Positions 1-9,881 of a DNA stretch of 64,000 nt are shown piece after piece. The stretch comes from Candidatus Latescibacterota bacterium (GTDB lineage: Bacteria > Latescibacterota > UBA2968 > UBA8231). Position 1 is the stretch's first letter. Every line of letters starts with the position of its first letter. Made by a program: the position numbers and the translations under genes. The DNA is taken from positions 1,888,001 through 1,952,000 of the forward strand of contig OZ241889.1 of the NCBI GenBank assembly GCA_965203355.1, read 5' to 3'. Below the pieces are notes generated by a model that did not search any database, was not told the DNA's origin, and saw only the letters and a program-made list of their open reading frames with translations.

Positions 1-36
1 GCTTTGTCAAATAAACATAGCAAAGGAGCGCACAGC

Positions 37-876
37 GTGGATCTGACGTATATCGCATTTACCAAACACTTAGCGGGCCTCAATGTCCCGCAACTCATCG
101 ACGCCTTGCAGGCTATGGGCGTGCAGGGCGCCGACTTGTGTGTGCGCGACGGCTACCCGGTCAATCCCGACAATGTAGCCACAGCACTGCCAGCGGCCGC
201 GCGCCGCTTTGCCGACGCCGGCCTTTGCATTCCCTTGGTCACCGCTCCGGGGGACTTCAACCGCCCGGACATCGACTATGCGGAAAGGTATTACGCGGCT
301 TTGAGCGAGGCTGGCGTGGCCCATGTCAAGCTCGGCTACTGGCATTGGCTGCCGGACGAGCCGTACTGGACGCGGTTAGACGAGGTGCGTGGCTTTATGG
401 AGGGGTTCCAAGCGCTGTCGGAAAGATACGGCGTCAAAACCGTCATTCACAATCACTCGGGCGCGTCTATGGGCCTCAATGCCTGCGCCGCGATGAACAT
501 CGTCAGGGCCTGCGACCCGCAATACGTAGGTGTTTTCGCTGACCCCGGGCATTTGTCACTGTGCGGGGAGCCGATTGCCATGGCTCTCGACATCGTGCGC
601 TCGCATTTGTGTCTGCTCGCTCTTAAGGATCTGGTTCACCAACGGCCCTTGAGCATGGCCCGGCAGGGCGCGCCGACCACCAGCGTCGTGCGGATGGGGC
701 AGGGCTTTGTCGATTGGCCGGCGGTGATTGCGACTTTGAAGCGGCTGAACTTTGCTGGTCCGGTCAGCTTTCACAGTGAGTACAGCGGCGAGCCGGTGGA
801 AAGCGTCATTGACTTGGCGCGCCTTGATGTGCGCTTTTTTACGGCTTTGTGTGAAAAGGAGGACGATCGTGCTTAA
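37..876 (+). CDS. Sugar phosphate isomerase/epimerase (xylose isomerase-like TIM barrel)
   Basis: Motifs HNHSG, DPGH, LKD, MGQGFVDW, HSEY; GTG start at 37 follows an AAGGAG RBS. Confidence 0.85.
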   Translation: MDLTYIAFTKHLAGLNVPQLIDALQAMGVQGADLCVRDGYPVNPDNVATALPAAARRFADAGLCIPLVTAPGDFNRPDIDYAERYYAALSEAGVAHVKLGYWHWLPDEPYWTRLDEVRGFMEGFQALSERYGVKTVIHNHSGASMGLNACAAMNIVRACDPQYVGVFADPGHLSLCGEPIAMALDIVRSHLCLLALKDLVHQRPLSMARQGAPTTSVVRMGQGFVDWPAVIATLKRLNFAGPVSFHSEYSGEPVESVIDLARLDVRFFTALCEKEDDRA

Positions 877-1834
877 AGCGGGATTTATCGGCGCCGGGGG
901 CCGCAGCCAGAGTGCCCACTACCCAGCGGTCCATCGCCTCGCCGACCGCGTGGAAATGGCGGCGGTTTGCGAGTTGGACGAGGCGCGCCTCAATCAAGTG
1001 GTCGCAAAGTATGGTTTTACGCGCGTGTACCAAGACCACCGCGCCATGCTCGACGAGATCGACCCGGACCTTGTCTATTGCGTGATGAATGAGAAATGGC
1101 TCCTACAGCCGGCCCTCGACTGCATCGCCGCGGGCAAGCACCTGTTTATCGAAAAGCCGCCCGGGGCCAACAGCGACGAGACGCGGGCGATTTTGGCGGC
1201 GGCCGAGCGCCAAGGCGTCTGGGTGATGGTCGGTCTCCAGCGCCGCTACACCGCGGTCACCCGCGAGGCCACGCGCCTAGTGAAGGCCAAAGGCCCGGTG
1301 TCGCTGGCGACGACGACCTTCAACAAACAGCTCCCGCAACGCGCCGACGCATTCACTACCACCTTGTGGAACGACTTGGTCCACATCGTCGATCTGTTGC
1401 GCTACATGGCTGGCGGCGAGCCGGTGGAAGTCACCGCCTATCAGGATAAATTCGGCGGCGAGGGCTTCGACCACTACGCGGCACTGGTGCGCTTTGACAA
1501 CCGCGCGACCGGCGTAATGCTCGGCAATCGCGCCTCTGGCGGGCGGGTACTGCGCTCGGAGCTACACGGCGTGGGCATTGGTTGCTACATGAAAATTCCC
1601 AGCGAGATCGAAATCCACGAGGACGATCAAGTGCGCACGCTGGGCGGCTGGGAAATCGACGGCGTACCCCAAGACGACGTGCCCCGCTACGAGGGGCTGC
1701 TGACCATGCACGAGCACTTCCTCGATTGCGTGGTTGCAAACCGACAGCCGATCTCCGACATCCGCGACGTGATTCACTCGATCGCGCTAGTGGATCAGAT
1801 TGAGGCGGCTGAGATTATGGCGGCGAGAGCGTAA
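869..1834 (+). CDS. Gfo/Idh/MocA family oxidoreductase
   Basis: GFIGAGG Rossmann motif, EKPP, GLQRRY, HxxD; GTG start at 869 after GGAGG, overlapping the upstream stop. Confidence 0.9.
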   Translation: MLKAGFIGAGGRSQSAHYPAVHRLADRVEMAAVCELDEARLNQVVAKYGFTRVYQDHRAMLDEIDPDLVYCVMNEKWLLQPALDCIAAGKHLFIEKPPGANSDETRAILAAAERQGVWVMVGLQRRYTAVTREATRLVKAKGPVSLATTTFNKQLPQRADAFTTTLWNDLVHIVDLLRYMAGGEPVEVTAYQDKFGGEGFDHYAALVRFDNRATGVMLGNRASGGRVLRSELHGVGIGCYMKIPSEIEIHEDDQVRTLGGWEIDGVPQDDVPRYEGLLTMHEHFLDCVVANRQPISDIRDVIHSIALVDQIEAAEIMAARA

Positions 1835-1919
1835 GTCTTGGGTGAAAGGAATGAGCGAAACGTATTGTCTGGATGTCTTGTGACTGAAACAGGCTTTTTT
1901 CCTTTAAAACACCCGCGCC

Positions 1920-3590
1920 TTAAAACTCTACATATGGTTCAGACTCAATCGGCGTGAACGATTTCGGCGGGTGTTGTTCCATAACATCCTCGCGCAACGC
2001 TACGCCCCAACCCGGCCCTGCTGGTGGCACACAGTATCCGTCGATTACTTCGATGGGTTGCGTAAGCACCTTGTTGTATAGATCAATAGACGACACGAAA
2101 ATTTCCTGCATCAAACTGTTGTGAATGCACAGATCCAAGTGCAGGCTGGCGATTGTTGAAATCGGCCCATTGGAATTGTGTGGGGCGACTGTCGCGTAAT
2201 ACGTCTCAGCCATGGCCGCAATTTTCTTTAATTCAGTGATGCCGCCCGCATGACAAATATCCGGCTGAATAATTCCGACCGCATTCAGCTCCAACAACGC
2301 ACGAAAATCCCAGCGAGTGTACAATTGCTCTCCGGTCGCAATGGGCACATTTACTTCGCGAGCAAATTGCGCTAACGCCTCTGGATTATCCCACAAAATT
2401 GGCTCTTCCATCCACGCAATGTTATAGGGTTCTAATTCCTGCGCCACTCTTCTTGCGCTCCATATGTTTAGTCGTGCGCGAATGTCGATTCCTATTTCGA
2501 TTTGCGACCCGGCCGCTTTTCGCACCGCCTCCACGAGTGCAACGCCTTGCTGAATCCGCTCTATTTTTGCTACTTGTGCGCCGCGAAAAGGGTAGAACTT
2601 CAACGCCTCATAGCCCTGGTCCACCACTCGTTTTACGCCCTCGGCGATTCCTTCGGGTGTGTTGTTCTTGCGCGGCCAGCCATTGGCGTACATGCGAATT
2701 TTGTCGTGTGACTTTCCACCCAACAATTCATACACCGGGACGCCCAGGGCTTTGCCTTTAATGTCCCACAACGCCAAGTCGATTGCACTGATCGCACTCG
2801 TCGTCACCGGTCCGCCCGACCACGTCACGCGCCGATACAGCGAGGTCCAAATCCGCTCGATTTCAAACGGATCCTTGCCTATCAGAAAACGCTTGAACGC
2901 AGCAAATTCGCCCATTAATCCGTCGTCTTTGAACTGCAAGCTCGCCTCGCCCCAGCCGTGAATACCGGCGTCGGTCTCGATTTTGACAAACATCCAATTG
3001 TTGCTACCTTCTGATCCCATCCGCATGACGTGAAGGTCGGTGATTTTTAATGAGGTCATTGGCTGGCGCACTTTCTCGCTATTCTCTGTTAAATGAGGTG
3101 TGAACCATTCAATGTTTTTTAGTTTTTTCAATGTATCGGAGTTCACGGCAGCTTCTCGAAGTTGGGACATTAGATTCTCGAGTTTTTCCTCGTAAGGTTC
3201 CTGAAGTTTATTTTCTAGAGAATCTGGATTATTTCTATTTTTAAATAGAGCAGTAATCTCACCTTTACCACTTGCTATATATCCGATGTATCTTTGGTTT
3301 GCATCGCTCAGGTTCAAGAATGGGAGTGATTGGTTTTTTATAGAATCAAATTTCTTGAGATGAGAATGAGATACGCCAATTCTTTCAGCTAATATCTCAT
3401 TATCTCTACAAGAACAGTCAAACTTCAAGTAGTGATATAAACCTATTTTTTGGAATAGGTCGGGCACCTTCTTTTGTATTTTTACTACCTGCGGCACAAT
3501 CTCATCGTCCCAAATGATGGAGATGATGTCCTCGCAATTTTTGGAGTAATGAGACTTAGCGATAATGTCGAGAATCTGACCTAGCTTCAT
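1920..3590 (-). CDS. Galactonate dehydratase-like enolase-superfamily protein (core 1920-3059) with an in-frame AT-rich 177-aa N-terminal extension
   Basis: GWGEA, SAIDLALWDIKGKALGVPVYELLGG, EEP, TGE, QPDICHAGG, APHN; probable native start MTSLKIT at 3059. Confidence 0.8.
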   Translation of the reverse strand: MKLGQILDIIAKSHYSKNCEDIISIIWDDEIVPQVVKIQKKVPDLFQKIGLYHYLKFDCSCRDNEILAERIGVSHSHLKKFDSIKNQSLPFLNLSDANQRYIGYIASGKGEITALFKNRNNPDSLENKLQEPYEEKLENLMSQLREAAVNSDTLKKLKNIEWFTPHLTENSEKVRQPMTSLKITDLHVMRMGSEGSNNWMFVKIETDAGIHGWGEASLQFKDDGLMGEFAAFKRFLIGKDPFEIERIWTSLYRRVTWSGGPVTTSAISAIDLALWDIKGKALGVPVYELLGGKSHDKIRMYANGWPRKNNTPEGIAEGVKRVVDQGYEALKFYPFRGAQVAKIERIQQGVALVEAVRKAAGSQIEIGIDIRARLNIWSARRVAQELEPYNIAWMEEPILWDNPEALAQFAREVNVPIATGEQLYTRWDFRALLELNAVGIIQPDICHAGGITELKKIAAMAETYYATVAPHNSNGPISTIASLHLDLCIHNSLMQEIFVSSIDLYNKVLTQPIEVIDGYCVPPAGPGWGVALREDVMEQHPPKSFTPIESEPYVEF

Positions 3591-3631
3591 AACAACGAAT
3601 CCTTTCGCGAGCAGATAGGTTTGGGAATGTC

Positions 3632-3665
3632 GAACTGTAATAATCCGCTCGTGTTATTACGGTTC
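3632..3665. terminator. Inverted repeat at the 3' end of the AAA/DUF4143 gene (terminator-like)
   Basis: GAACTGTAATAA-N10-TTATTACGGTTC, 11/12 complementary, overlapping the stop codon. Confidence 0.4.
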
Positions 3666-4893
3666 AAATGACGCGCCACCACGGCGCGGCGAGCACATGA
3701 TCGGTGAGCCAAAATGTTTCTTCGCCATCGTAGAGAACGATCCCACGCTGCGCCATGTCGGAATACTCATTGAGGAACGTATGCAGATGTCGCACATCGC
3801 TGGGACGAACCCTCGCGGTGGTCTTCACTTCTATGGGCAGCAGACGCCGACCTGTTTCAATGACAAAATCGACCTCGGCCCCCTTGGTCGTCCGCCAAAA
3901 GAGAATCTCCGTTTTTTCGAGGCGAGTAGCGGCCCAAGCGAGCAGGTCGCAGAGCACCATGTTCTCTAGGTGTGCGCCGCGGGGATGTGCTTCGCCCGCT
4001 AAGTGCAAAGCCAACCCGGTATCGCCCCAGTAGAGTTTGGATGACTTGACCAGCCGTTTAGTCCTGTTGACAGAATAAGATGGCAGTCGCACCAGTTGGA
4101 ACGACACCGCTAGCAAGTTGAGATATCGCTGCACTGTGGAGGGGGCAAGATGTACGTCCCGGGCTAGGTCTGCTTGATTTAATAGCCCGCCAACGCGCAG
4201 ACAGGCTGCCGTCATCAGCCGCCGCAGATCGGTGATGCCCGCAATGGCGGATAGACGTGGGATGTCCCGTTCCAAGTAGGTAGCCGCGTACCCTTCGAAC
4301 CATAGCCGTCGGTCGTCATCGTCGATCAGCTCATGGGCCGGGCCGGGATAACCGCCGCGTCGAACAAGGTCCGTCCACGGCTCGGCTGCGGCTGGCTCCG
4401 CGAGCAGTACGTCCCGCCATGCAGCCGGAGGCGCGTCTAAAAGCTCCGTCCATAGACCAGGCCGAGCCAACCCGAGTTGCTCGCGACGGGTCATGGGCCA
4501 GAGCGTCAAGTAGCTAGCGCGGCCAGCCAACGTTTCGCCCACTTCCTTCATCAGCAACAGATTTGCCGACCCGGTCAAGAGGAAACGGCCAGCAACCCGA
4601 TTTTCGTCGACGAGTCGCTTGATGGCGAGTAGCATATGCGGCACCCGTTGCACTTCATCAAGCGTGATCGGCGCGGCCCGAGCAGCAAGAGCATCCGGTT
4701 CACGTTGGGCCTGCTCGAGGACGCCGTAATCGTCTAGGGTGAAGTAAGCTCGATCTATCCCGATGGGATGCATGCGGGCGAGGGTGCTCTTGCCGGTCTG
4801 TCGCGCCCCAGTGAGAATGGTCACGGGCATGACCCTCAAGGCCCGCTTCACGCGCGCGGAAGCAAATCGAGGTAAGAGTTGATTCGCGTTCAT
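3664..4893 (-). CDS. AAA_14 ATPase with DUF4143 (C-terminal PD-(D/E)XK-like domain)
   Basis: Walker A GARQTGKS, Walker B LDEVQ, LTGSA, GGYP, YLERD, KLYWGDTGL, EVDF..IEVK. Confidence 0.9.
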   Translation of the reverse strand: MNANQLLPRFASARVKRALRVMPVTILTGARQTGKSTLARMHPIGIDRAYFTLDDYGVLEQAQREPDALAARAAPITLDEVQRVPHMLLAIKRLVDENRVAGRFLLTGSANLLLMKEVGETLAGRASYLTLWPMTRREQLGLARPGLWTELLDAPPAAWRDVLLAEPAAAEPWTDLVRRGGYPGPAHELIDDDDRRLWFEGYAATYLERDIPRLSAIAGITDLRRLMTAACLRVGGLLNQADLARDVHLAPSTVQRYLNLLAVSFQLVRLPSYSVNRTKRLVKSSKLYWGDTGLALHLAGEAHPRGAHLENMVLCDLLAWAATRLEKTEILFWRTTKGAEVDFVIETGRRLLPIEVKTTARVRPSDVRHLHTFLNEYSDMAQRGIVLYDGEETFWLTDHVLAAPWWRVI

Positions 4894-4906
4894 ATTCCCA
4901 CGATAT

Positions 4907-4942
4907 GGGTGAAAATCACCCACGTCAAGGGTGATATTCACC
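4907..4942 (-). promoter_or_regulatory. Paired palindromic operator-like sites upstream of the AAA/DUF4143 gene
   Basis: GGGTGAAAATCACCC (4907-4921) and GGGTGATATTCACC (4929-4942), 22 bp apart, with minus-strand TTGACG between them. Confidence 0.55.
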
Positions 4943-5240
4943 TATACGCCAGCGGCCCAGCCATTGCCCCCGGCACGCACCTTGCCCTCGCTTTTAAGCA
5001 CCTCAGCACCGTGCGCACCGGCGGCCACCTCTGCTCGTACCAGCATCCGATGGCCCATTTCCCGCAGGGTTTGCACAATGGCTGGGTCAATGCCGCGCTT
5101 TAGTTCGAGGGGTTCTTGCGCTTCGGCGTTGAGGCGGTGGCGTTGAAGTCGATAATGCGCTGGCCGAGTTGGGCACCGACGCTGATGATACGGCGGCCGC
5201 CGGGTAGGCCGATCGACCTGCTTGGGGAATTGTCGCAGAG
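4942..5240 (-). pseudogene. C-terminal remnant of a gamma-glutamyltransferase-family gene
   Basis: IGLPGGRRIIS..QRIIDF in one frame, then EAQEPLEL..LREMGH..RAGGNGWAAGV* in another; no N-terminal part. Confidence 0.65.
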
Positions 5241-5358
5241 TTTCGACGCGACTGGCCGCGTAGTCCTTACCGAGCACAGCGCTCCACCGGCCCATCGACG
5301 AAAGCTGGCTGCTGAGCGGACACAGCGCCGCTGTCGGCTCGTACTTGGTGTCCCTCGA

Positions 5359-6402
5359 TCATGGTTGCCGTGCGAAGCGCATGCCCGTCGGGATAATCCC
5401 CACGTTCTCCCCGCGCTGCATGGCCTCAGCCGCGTTGAGGATGCTCGCCAGGTCGTGCTTGGGTTCAAAACCCAACTTTTGCTTGATGTTCGTCAAATCC
5501 AACTCGAAGTAATTCCAATCCGGTCGCCGCGCATCGACGTAGCCCAGACCAAAGCGCTCGGCGAGATAGGGCACGGCCTCGCTCCAATCGAACAGCGCGG
5601 CCCCGCCCAGATTGAATACCTCGCCCACGGCCTCGTTCCGCTCCAGTGCCAACACCAGCCCTTGGACGATGTCGCGCACATCGGCAAACGCCTGCCGATA
5701 GGGCCGTCCGTCTGGATTCCGCGCGAGCAAGAACTGCTCCTCGCCCGTCCACAGCGTCTTGATTTGCTCGGCAAAGGCCCCGGCTTGGTCTTTGCACCGC
5801 TCGTACACCGGCCCGAGCAAAAACAGATGCGGTAAGCCGTTTGCGTCGAGGAATTCTCCCGGCTCAATAATCGAGGCAAAGCGCGTGGTCACGGACGGCA
5901 GCCCGAACTGCAAGTGATAGCTCATCACTAGTTCCTCGCCGATCCACTTGGTCAGGAAATAGGGCATCGTTTGGTAGCGGGCGACCTGATCTTCGCGGAT
6001 TGGCTCTTCAAAGCAGCGGCCCTTGTAGGGATTCTCCCAGTAAATGGCCTCGGTGGAAGCATAGACCAAGCGGTGCAGATTGGGCGTCAGCGCGCGAATT
6101 GACTCTAGCACGTTGATGGTGCCCATGCCGTTGATTTCGAGGTATTCGCGGTTGTCAAAGGGGCCGGCAAAGGCGGCGGCCAGGTGGTACACCGCATCGA
6201 CTCCTTCGACGGCTCGGCGCACATCGGCGAGCTGGCGCAAATCGCCTTCGATGGTTTCGACGCGGTCAAAGCCGTCGAGTTTGTGGGCGCGGCTTTGGTC
6301 GCCGGGATAGACAAACGAGCGGATGTCGTGCCCTTTGTCGAGCAGGGCTTTTGCCAGGTTGGCGCCGACGCGGCCGGTGCCGCCAGTGATTAGGATTTTC
6401 AC
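5359..6402 (-). CDS. NAD-dependent epimerase/dehydratase
   Basis: ILITGGTGRVG, HLAA, YxxxK (YFLTK), DVRD; GTG start after GAGG. Confidence 0.9.
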   Translation of the reverse strand: MKILITGGTGRVGANLAKALLDKGHDIRSFVYPGDQSRAHKLDGFDRVETIEGDLRQLADVRRAVEGVDAVYHLAAAFAGPFDNREYLEINGMGTINVLESIRALTPNLHRLVYASTEAIYWENPYKGRCFEEPIREDQVARYQTMPYFLTKWIGEELVMSYHLQFGLPSVTTRFASIIEPGEFLDANGLPHLFLLGPVYERCKDQAGAFAEQIKTLWTGEEQFLLARNPDGRPYRQAFADVRDIVQGLVLALERNEAVGEVFNLGGAALFDWSEAVPYLAERFGLGYVDARRPDWNYFELDLTNIKQKLGFEPKHDLASILNAAEAMQRGENVGIIPTGMRFARQP

Positions 6403-6431
6403 GTTGCACCTCTTTGCTAGGGATGAATGGT

Positions 6432-7922
6432 TTAGTTGGCGTTGGGCAGGGCGCTGGCCAAGAGTTTTTCCGGCGTGGCCTCGGCCCGCGTGTACTCGGC
6501 GGCGATCCGTCCGGTGCGCATCACGTACACTCGGTCGCACAGCCCGAGAATTTCGGGCATTTCCGAGGAGAGGACCACTAGGGCCAACCCTTGACGCGCC
6601 AGTCCGTCCAGCAATTGATAAATCTCGGCCTTAGCGCCGATGTCGATTCCTCGGGTCGGCTCATCGACGAGCAGCACCCGCAGGTTTTCCTTGAGCAGCC
6701 AGCGGGCCAGCAGTGCCTTTTGCTGATTGCCGCCGCTGAGCCGCGCAATGGTCTGCTCTTGGTCCGGGGGACGCAGGCGCAGGCGGGCGACGAGTGCGCC
6801 GACTTGCTGCCGCTCTATGCCTACCTGTACGCGACCGGCGCGACAGAACTGCTCTAAGGCCGCGACGCTCGCGTTGGCGCGGACGCTTTGTTGGGCGAAA
6901 AGGCCGTCGGCTCGGCGATCTTCTGGTACTAATCCTAACCCGAGCGTGCGCGCTCGGGGCGGCGAATTCGCTGGTACGGCTGCTCCGCCGATGGTAATGA
7001 TGCCAGCGCGGCGGTGATCGGCGCCCATTACGGCGCGCGCTAGTGCAGTTCGCCCCGCGCCCATTAGGCCGGAGAAGCCGACGATTTCCCCAGCGCACAC
7101 CCGGAAGGAAATGTCCCGCACCCGGTCCGTGGTCAGCCCCTCCACCTCCAGCGCGCACGGCCCCGGCGGGCGATCGGCCGCGGGAAAACCTGGCCCCAAC
7201 GCCCGCCCGACCATCAGGGCGATAAGTTGCTCTTCGTCGAGGTCGGCCGCCTGTTCGCAGGCGACGCGCTCGCCATCGCGCAAGACCGTCACTCGGTCGG
7301 CCAGTGCCATGACCTCGGCGAGCTTGTGCGATACATAGACCACGCCGACGCCCCGGGCCTTGAGCCGGGCAATGAGCGCGAAGAGCTTGTCGGTCTCGCG
7401 CGTACTCAGGGCCGAGGTCGGCTCATCCATGATGATAACTCGGGCGTCGCTCGCCAGTGCCCTCGCGATCTCGATCAATTGCTGGGCGGCAACGCCGAGG
7501 TGGCCGACCTTGGTCTGCGGATCGACCGCCAGCCCGACCTCGGCCAATAGCGTTGTCGAAGCGTCGTGGAGCGCGTTCCACCGGACGCGCCCACCGCGCC
7601 CGTGCGGCAGCCGACCGAAGAACAGATTCTCGGCAACGGACAGCGAGGGGACTAACTCCAACTCTTGGTAAACGACCGCTAGGCCGTGATCGATGGCTTG
7701 GCGCGGATGGCGTATATCTACGGGCTGGCCGGCGATCTGGTAGCGGCCCCGGTCGCGGCTATACACGCCGGCCGCAATTTTGATCAAGGTGCTCTTGCCC
7801 GCGCCGTTTTCGCCGACTAGGCCGTGGACTTCGCCCGCCTGCACGGCAAAGTCAACGCCCTTGAGCGCATAGACGCCGGGGAAGTGCTTGTGGATGTCTT
7901 CTAGGGATAAAAGCGGCGTCAT
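6432..7922 (-). CDS. Monosaccharide ABC transporter ATP-binding protein (RbsA/MglA-like)
   Basis: GENGAGKST, DEPTSAL, LSGGNQQK, DEPTRGIDIGAK. Confidence 0.95.
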   Translation of the reverse strand: MTPLLSLEDIHKHFPGVYALKGVDFAVQAGEVHGLVGENGAGKSTLIKIAAGVYSRDRGRYQIAGQPVDIRHPRQAIDHGLAVVYQELELVPSLSVAENLFFGRLPHGRGGRVRWNALHDASTTLLAEVGLAVDPQTKVGHLGVAAQQLIEIARALASDARVIIMDEPTSALSTRETDKLFALIARLKARGVGVVYVSHKLAEVMALADRVTVLRDGERVACEQAADLDEEQLIALMVGRALGPGFPAADRPPGPCALEVEGLTTDRVRDISFRVCAGEIVGFSGLMGAGRTALARAVMGADHRRAGIITIGGAAVPANSPPRARTLGLGLVPEDRRADGLFAQQSVRANASVAALEQFCRAGRVQVGIERQQVGALVARLRLRPPDQEQTIARLSGGNQQKALLARWLLKENLRVLLVDEPTRGIDIGAKAEIYQLLDGLARQGLALVVLSSEMPEILGLCDRVYVMRTGRIAAEYTRAEATPEKLLASALPNAN

Positions 7923-8890
7923 GTCGGCGGGGCGAGGAGGCGCCGTAGGAGGCTTTGTTTGCGCCGGGTGTCTAGGTACACGGCGAGGATAATTACCGCC
8001 CCGCGCGCCATGTCGTGGTAGAAGGACGACACGTTTAATAGCACCAAGCCGTTGGAGAGCACCGTCAGAATCAGGACGCCGATAAACGCACCGCCGAGCG
8101 TGCCCACGCCGCCCGTCAAACTGATGCCGCCCAAGATCACGGCGGCGATCACCTGCAACTCAAACCCCAAGCCGGCATTCGGTTGCCCGGAGTTGAGGCG
8201 CGAGGCCAAGATAAAAGCGCTCAGCGCCGCTAGTATGCCGCCGAGGACAAAGACCAAGACGCGCGTACGGTCGACGGCCAAGCCCGCGAGCCGCGCCGCT
8301 TGGATGTTGCCGCCGATAGCGTAGATGTAGCGGCCGAGGATGGTGTGGTGGAGGACGTAGTAAAACAGCCCCAAGAGGACAAAGGTCACTAGCACTGGAA
8401 TCGGGAACGGCCCCCAATGTCCGGTTCCCACTTCGATGAAGCCTGCTACTTTTCCTTGGATCGATACCGCTTGGGTGCTGACCATGGCCGCGCCGCGCAA
8501 GATCGCCATCATGCCCAAGGTTGCGATCAGAGAATTGATGCCGGCCTTGGTGACCAACAGTCCGTTGCACAAGCCGACGAGGGCCCCAGCGGCGAGTGCG
8601 GCGACGAGGGCCAGCGTCGTGCTTTCAAACTGGTTGAGCACGGCCACGGCGATGATACCGGCCACCGCTTGGGTCGAGCCGACGCTGAGGTCGATCTCGC
8701 CGAGCAGGATGATCATCACCATGCCGATGCCGGCGATGGCCACTAGCGAGGCGTCGCGCAGCACGTTCTTGATGTTGACCGCCGTAAAGAAAACCGGCGT
8801 CAGCAGAGCAATCCCCACGCAGAGCAAGACCAGTGCCAGCAACAGCCCGGCCTGCTCGCTGTGGAACACCCGCGAGAGCAAGCGGCTCAT
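7919..8890 (-). CDS. Monosaccharide ABC transporter permease (RbsC-like)
   Basis: GEIDLSVG, GRYIYAIGGN, ELQVIAAVILGG, many TM helices. Confidence 0.95.
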   Translation of the reverse strand: MSRLLSRVFHSEQAGLLLALVLLCVGIALLTPVFFTAVNIKNVLRDASLVAIAGIGMVMIILLGEIDLSVGSTQAVAGIIAVAVLNQFESTTLALVAALAAGALVGLCNGLLVTKAGINSLIATLGMMAILRGAAMVSTQAVSIQGKVAGFIEVGTGHWGPFPIPVLVTFVLLGLFYYVLHHTILGRYIYAIGGNIQAARLAGLAVDRTRVLVFVLGGILAALSAFILASRLNSGQPNAGLGFELQVIAAVILGGISLTGGVGTLGGAFIGVLILTVLSNGLVLLNVSSFYHDMARGAVIILAVYLDTRRKQSLLRRLLAPPT

Positions 8891-9873
8891 TGCGGCATCA
8901 AGGCCCGCACCGCATCCACCTTGAGCGGGAAGGGCGGCTCGGTGCTCGTGTCGTAGAAGCGGCTGAGGTTGTCGCGGGTGACGACAATGGTTGGGGTCTC
9001 ATAGTGGGCGGGGAGTGGCTCGCCCCGCGCTAGTTGTACCGCCGCATCGATGAGCGCACTCCCGACGAAATTCGGAAACATCGCTAGGGCCGCCGCGTAG
9101 GGCGTGTCGCCGGTAAGGGCCGTCTGTCCTACGGTGCCTTCAAAGCCGAAGCCGATTGCCGTCAGGGCTGCTTCGTCTAATCCGGCCGCCTTGTAGGCTG
9201 CCATGCCGCCGGTCGTCGAGTCGTCGTTGATGCCGTAGATCGCGTTGATCTGGGGGTTGGCCGTCAGCGCGTCCTGTGCCACCTTGAATGCTTTTTCCTT
9301 GAGGCCCTGTCCATCGACCTCTTGGACGATTTGGTAGGTCAGCCCTGAAGCCGCGAGCGCGTCTTTGAAGCCATCGACTCGCTGGCGGCAGTCCTCGAAG
9401 TTGGGGAAGCCGATGATGAGGATTTTGGGGTCGAGGCCCTTGGCGGCGGCGTGACTGGCAAACCACGCACCGGCCTTGCCTCCGCCCGCGTAGTTGTCGA
9501 TCCCCACGTAACTGGCGGCCTCGGGCACGGGATTGGATTCGGTAATTACCTTGGCCCCGGCGGCCTTGGCTTGCCGCACTATCGGCCCCATGGCCTTGGC
9601 ATCAACGGGCGACAGCATCAGCACCTCGACGCCTTGGGCGAGCAGGTTTTCGGCTTTGGAGATTTGCGCGGCCACGTCGAGGTTGGCATCGGCGACGATC
9701 AGCTCGACATCCAACTCGGCCGCGCGCGCTATCGCTGATTTGCTGATGTTTTGATACCACTCGTGCGACATGAAGTTGATGACGTAGCCGATCTTGAGTT
9801 TGTCGGGCGCGTCGTCCGGCGGCCCACAGGCGACCCAGAGGACGCACAGCAGCCAGGTTTTAATTTTGCTCAT
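8887..9873 (-). CDS. Monosaccharide ABC transporter substrate-binding lipoprotein (RbsB-like)
   Basis: Lipobox WVAC, YVGIDNY, R..GF, INDD; operon context. Confidence 0.9.
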   Translation of the reverse strand: MSKIKTWLLCVLWVACGPPDDAPDKLKIGYVINFMSHEWYQNISKSAIARAAELDVELIVADANLDVAAQISKAENLLAQGVEVLMLSPVDAKAMGPIVRQAKAAGAKVITESNPVPEAASYVGIDNYAGGGKAGAWFASHAAAKGLDPKILIIGFPNFEDCRQRVDGFKDALAASGLTYQIVQEVDGQGLKEKAFKVAQDALTANPQINAIYGINDDSTTGGMAAYKAAGLDEAALTAIGFGFEGTVGQTALTGDTPYAAALAMFPNFVGSALIDAAVQLARGEPLPAHYETPTIVVTRDNLSRFYDTSTEPPFPLKVDAVRALMPQ

Positions 9874-9881
9874 TGGTTCTC

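Noticed and set aside
3632-3665. dif/Xer recombination site
   Set aside because: The spacer is 10 nt rather than 6-8, and the arms do not match XerC/XerD consensus
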